Positions 6,777 to 15,254 of a stretch of 32,405 nt of DNA are shown here, piece after piece. Source of the stretch: a virus (Duplodnaviria > Caudoviricetes); the IMG/VR virus record IMGVR_UViG_3300050120_000091, positions 1 through 32,405 of that record; one strand, 5' to 3'. Below the pieces are notes generated by a model, which saw only the letters and a list, made by a program, of their open reading frames with translations, did no database searches and had not been told where the DNA came from. Each line of letters opens with the position of its first letter. Within the stretch, counting starts at the first letter, position 1. Both the position numbers and the translations under genes were made by a program.

Positions 6777-6948
6777 GGTGTACGTCAGAACGGAGTTGAT
6801 CAAGATCATACTAGACGCCCATGGTCCTGATACCGCTCTTGCGCAGTCAGATAAGGACGTTATAGTTGGCGCTCTACTCCAACGCGATGAGTACATCCAC
6901 AAACTACGCGTTGAGATTCAACGTTTGGGTGGAAATCCCGACTTTTAA
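6769..6948 (+). CDS. Hypothetical protein (59 aa)
   Basis: MIKVYVRTELIKIILDAHG...LGGNPDF*; fills the gap exactly; below the ORF-track cutoff. Confidence 0.6.
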   Translation: MIKVYVRTELIKIILDAHGPDTALAQSDKDVIVGALLQRDEYIHKLRVEIQRLGGNPDF

Positions 6949-6959
6949 GGAGCACTATC

Positions 6960-7172
6960 ATGTCACAGCCTTGCCCGTACGACACGTACGAAGAACTCGC
7001 GCAGCATGTTTGTCGTGATCGGCACTACGAATGCAATATCGCTGGGGTGGACGTGGGTGGCACGTTCGACCCGACCACCAGCATTCTGTTCTGGGTGAGC
7101 CAGAACGCGGTGCGCACTGAGGCGTACGTGCGCGAACTCATGCACTTGGAGCGCCAAGGGCTGAAGAAATGA
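6960..7172 (+). CDS. Hypothetical protein
   Basis: AAGGAG SD, 70 aa. Confidence 0.7.
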   Translation: MSQPCPYDTYEELAQHVCRDRHYECNIAGVDVGGTFDPTTSILFWVSQNAVRTEAYVRELMHLERQGLKK

Positions 7173-7324
7173 GGTGCATCGTGGAATTCGTCTGGGCTTG
7201 TCTGATTGCGTTTGCAATGGTGTTTGCCCTTCATTTCGGCATGATCGCCTATGACTGCCACGAAGACCACGGTACGCTGGTAGCTGGTATGGTGCCGTTC
7301 ACGTACGTTTGCGTGCGCAATTGA
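7169..7324 (+). CDS. Small membrane protein
   Basis: ATGA coupling (or GTG 7181 after GAGGTG); hydrophobic N-terminus; ends ...CVRN* inside motif copy 4. Confidence 0.55.
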   Translation: MRCIVEFVWACLIAFAMVFALHFGMIAYDCHEDHGTLVAGMVPFTYVCVRN

Positions 7325-7329
7325 TTGCT
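7316..7329 (+). repeat. Dispersed motif copy 4 (CGCAATTGATTGCT)
   Basis: Invariant 12-nt core; abuts the TTGACA at 7329. Confidence 0.93.
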
Positions 7330-7356
7330 TGACAACCGTAGTACCGGGGTTAGCTT
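7329..7356 (+). promoter_or_regulatory. sigma70-like promoter
   Basis: TTGACA (7329-7334), N16, TAGCTT (7351-7356); leader shared with the promoter at 794. Confidence 0.6.
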
Positions 7357-7385
7357 TACATCACTAACTACGGCATGGAGGCCAT

Positions 7386-7763
7386 ATGATAGTCTTTCTT
7401 CTCGCGGCGATACTGTTGGTGCTACTGTTTGGTGGGCGCATGCGCGCTATCTGCCGTGCTGCTCAGACGTTGACGCTGATCGTGCTGGTTGGCTGCGTGT
7501 CCATGTCGTCCTGCACTAAGGCACAAGCCGATACGCTCTTTGAGCGAGACGCACAGTTCGATGAGTACATGCAAACTCACCCGGAAGCTGTGATAGCCAT
7601 GGTCCACCAAGCCCAGCAAGACGGGCATCGTTGCGATTCAGTGTCTATGGCTAAACTGGGGGTGTTCACCAAGGGCTTGGCCTTGTACTGTGACCACTTT
7701 AAGTACCAGTACGTCATCCTCAAAGGCAATGACGGGTATTACACTCAACCGGACGGAAAATGA
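7386..7763 (+). CDS. Membrane-anchored/periplasmic hypothetical protein
   Basis: GGAGG SD; two N-terminal hydrophobic segments; Cys-containing soluble C-terminus. Confidence 0.7.
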   Translation: MIVFLLAAILLVLLFGGRMRAICRAAQTLTLIVLVGCVSMSSCTKAQADTLFERDAQFDEYMQTHPEAVIAMVHQAQQDGHRCDSVSMAKLGVFTKGLALYCDHFKYQYVILKGNDGYYTQPDGK

Positions 7764-8164
7764 AACCTTATCCAAAGGTGTTGGTGTACGGCGGGCGTGA
7801 CTACGCAGATAGTGATTTTGTGTACAAGAGTTTGGCTGCGCTGGAAGAACGTATTGGTGCGTTTTGTGTGATTGAAGGCGGTGCTAAGGGGGCTGACACC
7901 TTTGGCGGATTATATGCAGACGCCAACGGTATGCCACACGCGACGATGAAAGCCCCGTGGGATTACTACAAGAAAGGGGCTGGGCCAATCAGAAATCAGT
8001 GGATGCGCGATATCTTGCAGCCCCATTTCGGCGTAGAATTCCCCGGAGGAGTGGGCACAGCCAGTATGCGTAATCTGTTGTTGGAGAACGCAGTGTTGAT
8101 CTGGCAACCGGTGATATATCCGATTCCGCCCGCGTACATGATTCGAGGGAGTGTAGGACTATGA
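7760..8164 (+). CDS. DUF2493 / YspA-like SLOG family protein
   Basis: KVLVYGGRDY...VIEGGAKGAD...AGPIRNQWM...FPGGVGT motifs of the SLOG fold. Confidence 0.8.
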   Translation: MKPYPKVLVYGGRDYADSDFVYKSLAALEERIGAFCVIEGGAKGADTFGGLYADANGMPHATMKAPWDYYKKGAGPIRNQWMRDILQPHFGVEFPGGVGTASMRNLLLENAVLIWQPVIYPIPPAYMIRGSVGL

Positions 8165-8523
8165 TCAAGATGCCTGAAACCATTTACGACCGCATCACGC
8201 AGTTGGTGTACACCCTGCCGTACAAGATGGGGTTTTCTTACATGACGGTTCCGCTCACAGTGAAGTTTGAGCCACCTGAGTGCGATTTAATGTGCTTGCT
8301 GTTGCACGTGCACCCGTTTATGTTCCGCACGATGAGCGACACCCCGGACGCGGCCATCAGCGACGAGTCGTTGACGGAGATAGTCAAGGACCACATCAAC
8401 AAGTTGAACTCGCAGGTGCACGAGTATTTCAACGAGACCAACGGCCAGTTCTGGCTTAAGCCCGAGCATCAGCATTTGGGATTCCTCGGCAACAAGCAAG
8501 TGGAAGGAGGGGCAAATGCTTAG
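8161..8523 (+). CDS. Hypothetical protein
   Basis: 120 aa, ATGA coupling. Confidence 0.7.
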   Translation: MIKMPETIYDRITQLVYTLPYKMGFSYMTVPLTVKFEPPECDLMCLLLHVHPFMFRTMSDTPDAAISDESLTEIVKDHINKLNSQVHEYFNETNGQFWLKPEHQHLGFLGNKQVEGGANA

Positions 8524-8779
8524 GGCATGGATCATCGTGTGGACCGGCGTACTTATCTTGATGGGCGCGGGTGGCGCTATTGGCTGGCACTACGGCCACG
8601 CAAACGGGTATGAGCAGGCGGTGGCTGACATCAAGAGCACGTGCGACGACATGGACAGCAAGACCGTTTTGCAGGGCAAGGACTATATTTGCGCTGATAA
8701 GCCGCATTTTACTGCCACTATCGAATATGTGGTAAAGCAAATCCTAGACAACAAGCAAGCCCCGGACTCCGGTACGTAA
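8516..8779 (+). CDS. Hypothetical protein with N-terminal TM
   Basis: AAGGAGG SD, 87 aa. Confidence 0.7.
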   Translation: MLRAWIIVWTGVLILMGAGGAIGWHYGHANGYEQAVADIKSTCDDMDSKTVLQGKDYICADKPHFTATIEYVVKQILDNKQAPDSGT

Positions 8780-8793
8780 CGCAATCAATTGCG
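8780..8793 (-). repeat. Dispersed motif copy 5 (reverse orientation)
   Basis: CGCAATCAATTGCG on +, immediately after stop 8779. Confidence 0.95.
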
Positions 8794-8803
8794 CAGGTTG
8801 ACG

Positions 8804-9436
8804 ATGACTAAAGTATGCGTAGTAGTGCCCAGTGGCACGATGGTGCACGCAGAGTTTTGCATGGCACTTGCCAACATGGTGAACGTCACGCCAGATACAG
8901 TAGAACTAGCGTTTGTCAGTGTTAAATCCAGCAATATCTGTCTTAGCCGGAATCGCACCATCGATCTGGTGCGGGAAAAGCAAGCGGACTATCTGTTGTT
9001 CCTAGACAGTGATATGGGATTTCCGGCTGACACGCTTATCCGCCTGCTTTGCGCGATCCAGACAGAGAAGTGCGAGGCCGTGGGTTGCAATTACGTGATG
9101 CGCCAACCGCCGTTCCGTAGTCTGGTATACGGGTTGAGCGAGAAGATCACGGGTATTGCTGAGGTGGCGAAGCTGCCCACTGGCGTGATGCTGATTGATA
9201 TGAAGGTGTTTGACCGGCTCAAAAAGCCGTACTTCAGGTTCCCGTACAGGGAGGAAGCAGAAGGTGTTGAGGCCGCGATGGGCGGAGAAGACTATTACTT
9301 CTGTGATTCCGTACGGGCGGCTGGTGGTCGAATTTTCATGGACACCGACCTTTCGTTGTCACTCACGCACTGGGGCGATATGGGCGTGCGGTGGGATAGT
9401 AATGAGAAGGGCTACACGATGATTGTGAACGCCTAA
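8804..9436 (+). CDS. Glycosyltransferase, GT2/GT-A fold
   Basis: KVCVVVP N-terminus, RN motif, YLLFLDSD (DxD), GEDYYFC, C-terminal H; ATG 8804 preferred. Confidence 0.85.
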   Translation: MTKVCVVVPSGTMVHAEFCMALANMVNVTPDTVELAFVSVKSSNICLSRNRTIDLVREKQADYLLFLDSDMGFPADTLIRLLCAIQTEKCEAVGCNYVMRQPPFRSLVYGLSEKITGIAEVAKLPTGVMLIDMKVFDRLKKPYFRFPYREEAEGVEAAMGGEDYYFCDSVRAAGGRIFMDTDLSLSLTHWGDMGVRWDSNEKGYTMIVNA

Positions 9437-9442
9437 TACTGT

Positions 9443-9471
9443 TTCAAGTCCAGCGGCATAAATGGTATTCT
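9443..9471 (+). promoter_or_regulatory. Possible promoter for the fibre module
   Basis: TTCAAG, N17, TATTCT with TGn extension in the intergenic gap. Confidence 0.35.
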
Positions 9472-9507
9472 CTAGGGGGAAGAAATTCCTTACCTCGGAG
9501 AACTACC

Positions 9508-9900
9508 ATGGCAATCGGAATCAACCATACAACGTTGCTGGATATGCTGGCGACGTTGAATACGCAGATCGGTGGTAGTGCCACGCTGACTATCATGGAA
9601 GGCACGCAGCCCGCAACGGGCGGCACGGCCACCACCGCTTTAGCCGTCCTTACCTGTTCGTCTACCTTCGGTGTTACCTCCGGTGTCGCGCTGACTGCCA
9701 ATGTCATCGGCACCGCAGCGGCCACGGTCACCGGTACGGCCACGTGGGCGCGCATTGCTCAATCGGGCGGCACTCAAGAAATCGATATGTCGTGCACGGC
9801 AACCGGTGGTGGCGGTGATTTGCTGCTGAATACCACAGCCATTGTCACGGGTGCGACAGTCAGCATCTCTAGCTGCGTGATCACCGCTGGCAATCAATAA
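9508..9900 (+). CDS. Small Thr/Gly-rich virion (fibre-associated) protein
   Basis: GTATWARI...GGGDLLLNTTAIVTGATVSISS pattern seen in phage structural proteins; GGAG SD. Confidence 0.65.
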   Translation: MAIGINHTTLLDMLATLNTQIGGSATLTIMEGTQPATGGTATTALAVLTCSSTFGVTSGVALTANVIGTAAATVTGTATWARIAQSGGTQEIDMSCTATGGGGDLLLNTTAIVTGATVSISSCVITAGNQ

Positions 9901-9921
9901 GCCTAGCGGCAAGGCCATGCC

Positions 9922-12900
9922 GTGACGACTGTTGTCCTGACAAGCGGGACAAGCTGGACCGTACCTGCTGACTGGGGTCCGGTGAATACGGTCGAGTGCT
10001 TTGGTCCGGGTGGTAACGGCGGCACGAACACCAGCGCGACGGTGGGTGGCGGTTCCGGTGGTAGTGGCGGGTACTCGGAATCCAGCAACATCACCGGTCT
10101 GGTAGCGGGTGCGACAGTAGATATAAGCATTGGCGCGGGTGGGTCGGGCAATCCGACTTGGTTCGGTGGTACGTCTTACGCCACGGCAACCGTAGCCGCC
10201 AATGCGGGTGGGAACTCCACGACTACCGGTGCAGGTGCAGCCGCGACCACAACAGGCGCGATTGGCACGACTCTCAAGCGTGCGGGTGTAGCTGGCAAGG
10301 CCAAAGCATCTGGTGCTGGTGGTGCTGGCGGCTCTGGTGCGTCCGGTAACAGCGCGTTGGGTGTGGCCGGTTCGGTCACCACGACGGCCACGGGTGGTGC
10401 AGGCGGTCATGGTTCTGGCTCTGCCGGTGGAGCGGGCGGCACGGTAACGGGCACCAACGGTAACCCCGGTGGAGCCAATTCGTTGGGCGGTGGCGGTGGC
10501 GCGGGCGGCAGCACTAGCCCGAATAACGGCGGTATCGGTGGTCTGCCCGGTGGCGGCGGCGGTGGGGGTGCAGGTACTGGCGCTGGCGCTCTCGGTGGTG
10601 GCGGTCAGATCACGATCACCTACACGCCGGTTACGCCAGTCACTAGCCCGTACGTAGTCACTGATACCAGTGCCACGTCCTTTACTGTGCCTGCCGGGGT
10701 TACCCAGCTTTCCACACTCGAAGCATGGGGTGCGGGTGGTGGATCGTCCGGGAATGGCGCATATGGGTGTCCGGGTGCTGGCGGTGGCGCATACGCGATC
10801 ATCAATAACCTGACGGTAACGCCCGGTCAGACTATCTATATCTCGGTCGGCGCGGGTGGTGCAGGTGATAACTCGGGTGGAGCCGGTGTAGCCGGTGCAA
10901 GTTCGTGGATTAACACCAGCAATGCCGCACCTACCAGCGCCACAACTGGAGTGCTGGCGGTTGGTGGTGCTCCGGGTGACAACGGCGATGACACGTCTCC
11001 CAAGCCCGGTGGTCTGGGCGGCGCGGCAGGTAGTTGTATTGGCACGACCGCCTACAGCGGTGGGCAAGGTGGTACTGGTGGTGGCACAACCGGTACGGGC
11101 ACTGGCGGGGGTGGGGGCGGCGGTGGCGCGGGTGGTCCTGACGGTAATGGTGTAGTCGGGGTAGCCGGTGTAACGCTTGGCTCTGGTGGGCAAGGTGGCG
11201 CGGGTGGCGCGGGCGACAACGGAACGGGTGGTACGGGTGGGGTGGGTGGTACGAGTGGGTCTCCCAACGGCGGCACGGGCGGTGCAAACGTGCTTGGTGG
11301 CGCTGGATCGGGCGGTTGTTACAACAATCAAGCTGGTCCTGTTGCGAATCCCGGTGGCCTGCCCGGTGGAGGTGGTGGCGGATCGGACAACACTGGTACG
11401 GGTGGCCCCGGTGGTAATGGGCAGATTCGTGTCACGTGGAGTTCCGGTGGAGTTACTGGCTCGATCACGGTCACGCTTGCCAACGCCACGTCCAACACGA
11501 CAGTCATTGAGACCGTTGGTGGTCCTGTTGCGGTAACGCTTCAGCCCTCCACGATGGCCGCATCGGGCGTGGTTGCGAATCCGGTTACCGGGTCTGTGGC
11601 CGTTACGTTGGCCCCGGCCACGCTGGCAGCGGTTGGTAAGGAAACGATCAGCGGCTCGCTGAGCCAGACCCTTGCGCCTGCTACGAGTGCCACGGTTGGT
11701 AAAGAAACAATCATCGGCAGCATTACCGAAACACTCGCCAATGACACGATGGTCGCGTCTGGCGTAGTAGCTAATCCGATCACTGGCACGATAGCTGTAA
11801 CGTTGGCCCCCGATACACTGGTTGCCGCAGGGCAAGAAACCATAAGTGGTGCGCTCGCGCAGACGTTGGCGGCAGACACCATGGTTGCGGCTGGCACGGT
11901 TGCCAATCCGATCACCGGTAGCGTGGCCGTCACGCTGGCACCCGCGACGATAATCGCTAGTGGAAAGGAAACCATTACAGGCACGGTGGCCGAAACGCTC
12001 GCCAGTGCAACAATGGTTGCGTCAGGTGTAATCGCGAACCCAGTAACGGGCACGATTGCGAGCACGCTGCAACCCCTGACCATGGTGGCCGCAGGGCAGG
12101 AGAAGATTGCAGGCACGGTTGCGGTGACCTTGCAGCCGGACACGATGGTGGCCTCGGGAGTAGTAGCGAATCCCGTCACAGGCACTATAGGAGTAACGCT
12201 CGCGCCCGACACCATGACCGCGACGGGCGTTGAGACTATTGGCGGGTCGCTGGTGCAGACGCTTGCCGGTGACTCGATGGTAGCGAGTGGGGTAGTGGCT
12301 AACCCGGTAACCGGCTCGGTCGCGGTAACCCTGCAACCGTTCACGCTTGTTGCTGATGGTCAAGAAACTATCAGTGGGTCGGTGGCCGTTACGCTTGCGC
12401 CAGATGAAATGGTTGCCGAGGGCGATTCGCTATCAGGAGATGGTGGCGACATCAATGTGCAGTTGCAGCCGTTCACCATGGTGGCCGTGGGTGGATTGAC
12501 GATAAGCGGGCACATTGCGGCAACTCTGCAACCGGCAACGCTGGTGGCTGATGGCGCTTCGTACGTGAACGTCATTGGCTCGATTGCACAGACTTTGCAG
12601 CCCTCACAGATGGTGGCTGATGGGCAAGAGCAGATTAGCGGCGCTATCAACAGCACGTTGGCCCCGGCAACAGCGGCAGTGGCAGGGCAGGAAACGGTCA
12701 GCGGGGTAATCGCTGCAACCACCAACGATATTCTGGTGGCCGGTGGGTTGGTGTACGTGCCGGTGACCGGTTCTATCGCCGTGGCCCTTCAGCCAAACCA
12801 GATGGTGGCAGACGGGCAATCGGAACTGCCGTCCGAGATATACGCCAGTGGTGATAGCACCAGCGGGGCGAGCGCAGACCTGAGTACGTCCACGCAATTG

Positions 12901-13149
12901 ATTGCGCAGACCATCACCGGAAGTACAGCGACTGCGGCTTTGCAGACTGGTATTCTGTTGGCTGCACACACGTTAAACACCAGCACAGCCAGTGTGTACT
13001 TCGCTGGCCTGATTCCCGGCGCGATGTACGCGAACGCCAGCATGGGCAGTGCAGCTACAGCCGTGCTTGGGCAACTGATTGGCCCGAAGGTTGTTCAGCA
13101 AGTTACCTACCAGAACCGCATTTTCAAGGTGTATCGGAGATTTCGGTGA
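9922..13149 (+). CDS. Large Gly-rich, repeat-containing fibre-like virion protein (1075 aa)
   Basis: Two tandem Gly-rich domains (TSxTSW/FTVP...GQIxxTY/W) followed by about 20 repeats of 21-23 aa (VTGSVAVTLAPxTMVAxG). Confidence 0.8.
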   Translation: MTTVVLTSGTSWTVPADWGPVNTVECFGPGGNGGTNTSATVGGGSGGSGGYSESSNITGLVAGATVDISIGAGGSGNPTWFGGTSYATATVAANAGGNSTTTGAGAAATTTGAIGTTLKRAGVAGKAKASGAGGAGGSGASGNSALGVAGSVTTTATGGAGGHGSGSAGGAGGTVTGTNGNPGGANSLGGGGGAGGSTSPNNGGIGGLPGGGGGGGAGTGAGALGGGGQITITYTPVTPVTSPYVVTDTSATSFTVPAGVTQLSTLEAWGAGGGSSGNGAYGCPGAGGGAYAIINNLTVTPGQTIYISVGAGGAGDNSGGAGVAGASSWINTSNAAPTSATTGVLAVGGAPGDNGDDTSPKPGGLGGAAGSCIGTTAYSGGQGGTGGGTTGTGTGGGGGGGGAGGPDGNGVVGVAGVTLGSGGQGGAGGAGDNGTGGTGGVGGTSGSPNGGTGGANVLGGAGSGGCYNNQAGPVANPGGLPGGGGGGSDNTGTGGPGGNGQIRVTWSSGGVTGSITVTLANATSNTTVIETVGGPVAVTLQPSTMAASGVVANPVTGSVAVTLAPATLAAVGKETISGSLSQTLAPATSATVGKETIIGSITETLANDTMVASGVVANPITGTIAVTLAPDTLVAAGQETISGALAQTLAADTMVAAGTVANPITGSVAVTLAPATIIASGKETITGTVAETLASATMVASGVIANPVTGTIASTLQPLTMVAAGQEKIAGTVAVTLQPDTMVASGVVANPVTGTIGVTLAPDTMTATGVETIGGSLVQTLAGDSMVASGVVANPVTGSVAVTLQPFTLVADGQETISGSVAVTLAPDEMVAEGDSLSGDGGDINVQLQPFTMVAVGGLTISGHIAATLQPATLVADGASYVNVIGSIAQTLQPSQMVADGQEQISGAINSTLAPATAAVAGQETVSGVIAATTNDILVAGGLVYVPVTGSIAVALQPNQMVADGQSELPSEIYASGDSTSGASADLSTSTQLIAQTITGSTATAALQTGILLAAHTLNTSTASVYFAGLIPGAMYANASMGSAATAVLGQLIGPKVVQQVTYQNRIFKVYRRFR
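11450..12820 (+). repeat. Coding tandem repeat array (21/23-aa units, 132-nt super-period)
   Basis: ANP codons recur at 11773, 11905, 12037, 12169 and 12301 (132-nt spacing), with divergent synonymous codons. Confidence 0.85.
12893..12906 (+). repeat. Dispersed motif copy 6 (in CDS, TQLIAQ)
   Basis: Exact CGCAATTGATTGCG. Confidence 0.95.
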
Positions 13150-15218
13150 GCACTACCGTAGTCGTCACGTCAGGCACTAGCTGGACTGTACCCAGCGGCG
13201 TAACCAGCATTACGCTGGCCGAATGCTGGGGTGCGGGCGGCGGTTCTGATGGTAGCGATCAAAGTGGTCTCGGTGGAGACGGCCCCGGTGGTGGCGCTTA
13301 CTCTGCAACTTCTGGCATTACGGTAACGCCGGGTCAGGTAATCACGATCAGCATCGGAACGGGTGGTGCGAGCGCGTTGAATGGAACGGGTGGTACGGGT
13401 GGAGACACATGGTTCTTAAGCAACACCACTGTTCTAGCCAAGGGCGGGCAGGGCGCGGCTGCGAATGGAGTCCCCGGCACTGGCGGACTGGCGAGCGCGG
13501 GTGTTGGATCGACCAAATTTGATGGTGGAACAGGAGGTAGCAATGGCTTCACGAATGGTGCTGGTGCAGGGGGCGGCAGTAGTGCTGGGCCGCAAGGTGC
13601 GGGTCAAACGGGTAACGACACCCCCGGTGGTGGGAATGGAGCCGCAGGGGTTGCAGGCGATAACGGCAGCGGCGGTGCAGGAGGCAGTGCGGGCGTCTAT
13701 GGAGGCGCAAACGGCGGCGCTGGCGGGTCAAACGCCAACGGTGGTGGTAGCGGAGGCGGGGGTGGCAACACCACAAACGGCGGGGCGGGCGGCTTCCCCG
13801 GTGGCGGTGCAGGCGGCGGTGGTGCGAACGGCACGGGTGCGGCAGGCGCGGGTGGGCAAATCCGTCTCACGTACACGCAAGTAGGCGCGGTATTTGGGGC
13901 AACTGCCAACGATATCAGCATAGCCAGTGCATCGTTGAACACCCCGAATAGCGTGTTTGCGGCAGAAGCGAGCACGGGTAGCACGGCCAGCGCCAGTCTT
14001 TCGAATGCCATGTACGCCAGTGCGGTCATGGGCAGTAGTGCTCGTGCACCGTTGAGCGCTCCGTACTCTGCCACTGGGGAGACCGGTAGCACGGCCAGTG
14101 CAAGCCTGACGACTGGTATTAACCTGAAGGCCAGTGCCAGCAGCACGTCTGCCATCTCAGTTTTCCTTGGGATGGAAGTGGGTGCGAGCGCGTCTATGGG
14201 CAGCACGGCCAGTGCGAAACTGACGACCCCCAATAACGTGTTTGGTGCGCACGGTACTACGGTGAGCGTGGGTGCTGCGGCTCTGGCTGGGGGCATCAAC
14301 GTAAAAGCCAGCGCAAGCACCGGTAGCACGGCCAAGGCGACGCTCAGCACGAGCATTAAGTTGACGGCAAGCGCGGGGGTATTCAGCAGTGCGTTGATCA
14401 ACACCAATATATTGTTTGCCGCTGGGTCGTCTGGTAGCACTGCACGTGCGAGTCTGACCACCGGTATCAACTTAAAGGCTAGTGCAAGCACAACAAGCAT
14501 GGGTGCAGGTACGTTGGCGACTGGTGATCTTACGGCGGCGACCGGCACCAGCACCAGTAGTGCGCAGGCAGCGCTTGGAACCTCAATCACGGTGAAAGCC
14601 AGTGGGGTCTCAAGCAGTGCCGCGCGTGCCAGCATGTCGAACTGGCTGAGTGCCAGTGCGTTAGAAACGAGTGTGGCTAAGGCCGCGCTGACAACCAGTA
14701 TCAAAATGGCAGGGGCTGGTACGTCGCAGAGCAGTGTCAGTGCGACTTTGCAGACCGGTAGTCGGTTTGCGGCTGCAACTGCAACAGGTAGCACAGCAAG
14801 TGCAGTGCTTAAGACCTCCGTGCAATTGATTGCGCACGCCCAGATGGGTAGTGGTACGGCCAGCCCAATCAACACCAGCATTACTGTGCGCGTACAGACG
14901 GCCATGGCGGTGGCGGCGCTGGCGAACCTGATTGGCAAAAGCCTGTTCGCAGCGGCTAGTGGACAGATCAGCAGTACAGAGGCGTCACTCAAGACTTTTA
15001 TTGATCTTGCGGTGGCTGCGAGCACCAGTAGCACCGCCATTGCCAACGCACAGCAGTTGTTCTTTATTGGCCTAATGAGCAGTTTTGCCAGTGCTACGTT
15101 GGGTACGACTGTTGACGTATATGAATCTTTTCCCGTCTATTCCGTGCCGAGCGAATTTGCTGTACTCTCTAGGGCGAGGGTATTTGATGTTACCGCTGAC
15201 CCGCAAGAGACCTCTTAG
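13146..15218 (+). CDS. Second Gly-rich repeat fibre-like protein (690 aa)
   Basis: N-terminal Gly-rich domain paralogous to those of 9922 (VTSGTSWTVP...ECWGAGGG...GQIRLTY), then about 20-aa Ala/Ser/Thr repeats (ASASTGSTASASLTTGINLK). Confidence 0.8.
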   Translation: MSTTVVVTSGTSWTVPSGVTSITLAECWGAGGGSDGSDQSGLGGDGPGGGAYSATSGITVTPGQVITISIGTGGASALNGTGGTGGDTWFLSNTTVLAKGGQGAAANGVPGTGGLASAGVGSTKFDGGTGGSNGFTNGAGAGGGSSAGPQGAGQTGNDTPGGGNGAAGVAGDNGSGGAGGSAGVYGGANGGAGGSNANGGGSGGGGGNTTNGGAGGFPGGGAGGGGANGTGAAGAGGQIRLTYTQVGAVFGATANDISIASASLNTPNSVFAAEASTGSTASASLSNAMYASAVMGSSARAPLSAPYSATGETGSTASASLTTGINLKASASSTSAISVFLGMEVGASASMGSTASAKLTTPNNVFGAHGTTVSVGAAALAGGINVKASASTGSTAKATLSTSIKLTASAGVFSSALINTNILFAAGSSGSTARASLTTGINLKASASTTSMGAGTLATGDLTAATGTSTSSAQAALGTSITVKASGVSSSAARASMSNWLSASALETSVAKAALTTSIKMAGAGTSQSSVSATLQTGSRFAAATATGSTASAVLKTSVQLIAHAQMGSGTASPINTSITVRVQTAMAVAALANLIGKSLFAAASGQISSTEASLKTFIDLAVAASTSSTAIANAQQLFFIGLMSSFASATLGTTVDVYESFPVYSVPSEFAVLSRARVFDVTADPQETS
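14821..14834 (+). repeat. Dispersed motif copy 7 (in CDS, VQLIAH)
   Basis: TGCAATTGATTGCG; invariant core. Confidence 0.93.
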
Positions 15219-15254
15219 GTTCCGCAGGAACCATCAGACTACTGGAGCAACGCC

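Noticed and set aside
9640-11835. 731-aa antisense ORF (also 11541-12344 and 13697-15046)
   Set aside because: Shadow of Gly/Thr/Ala codon-biased sense genes; low-complexity Arg/Thr translation, no SD, and opposite to the uniform + strand organisation.
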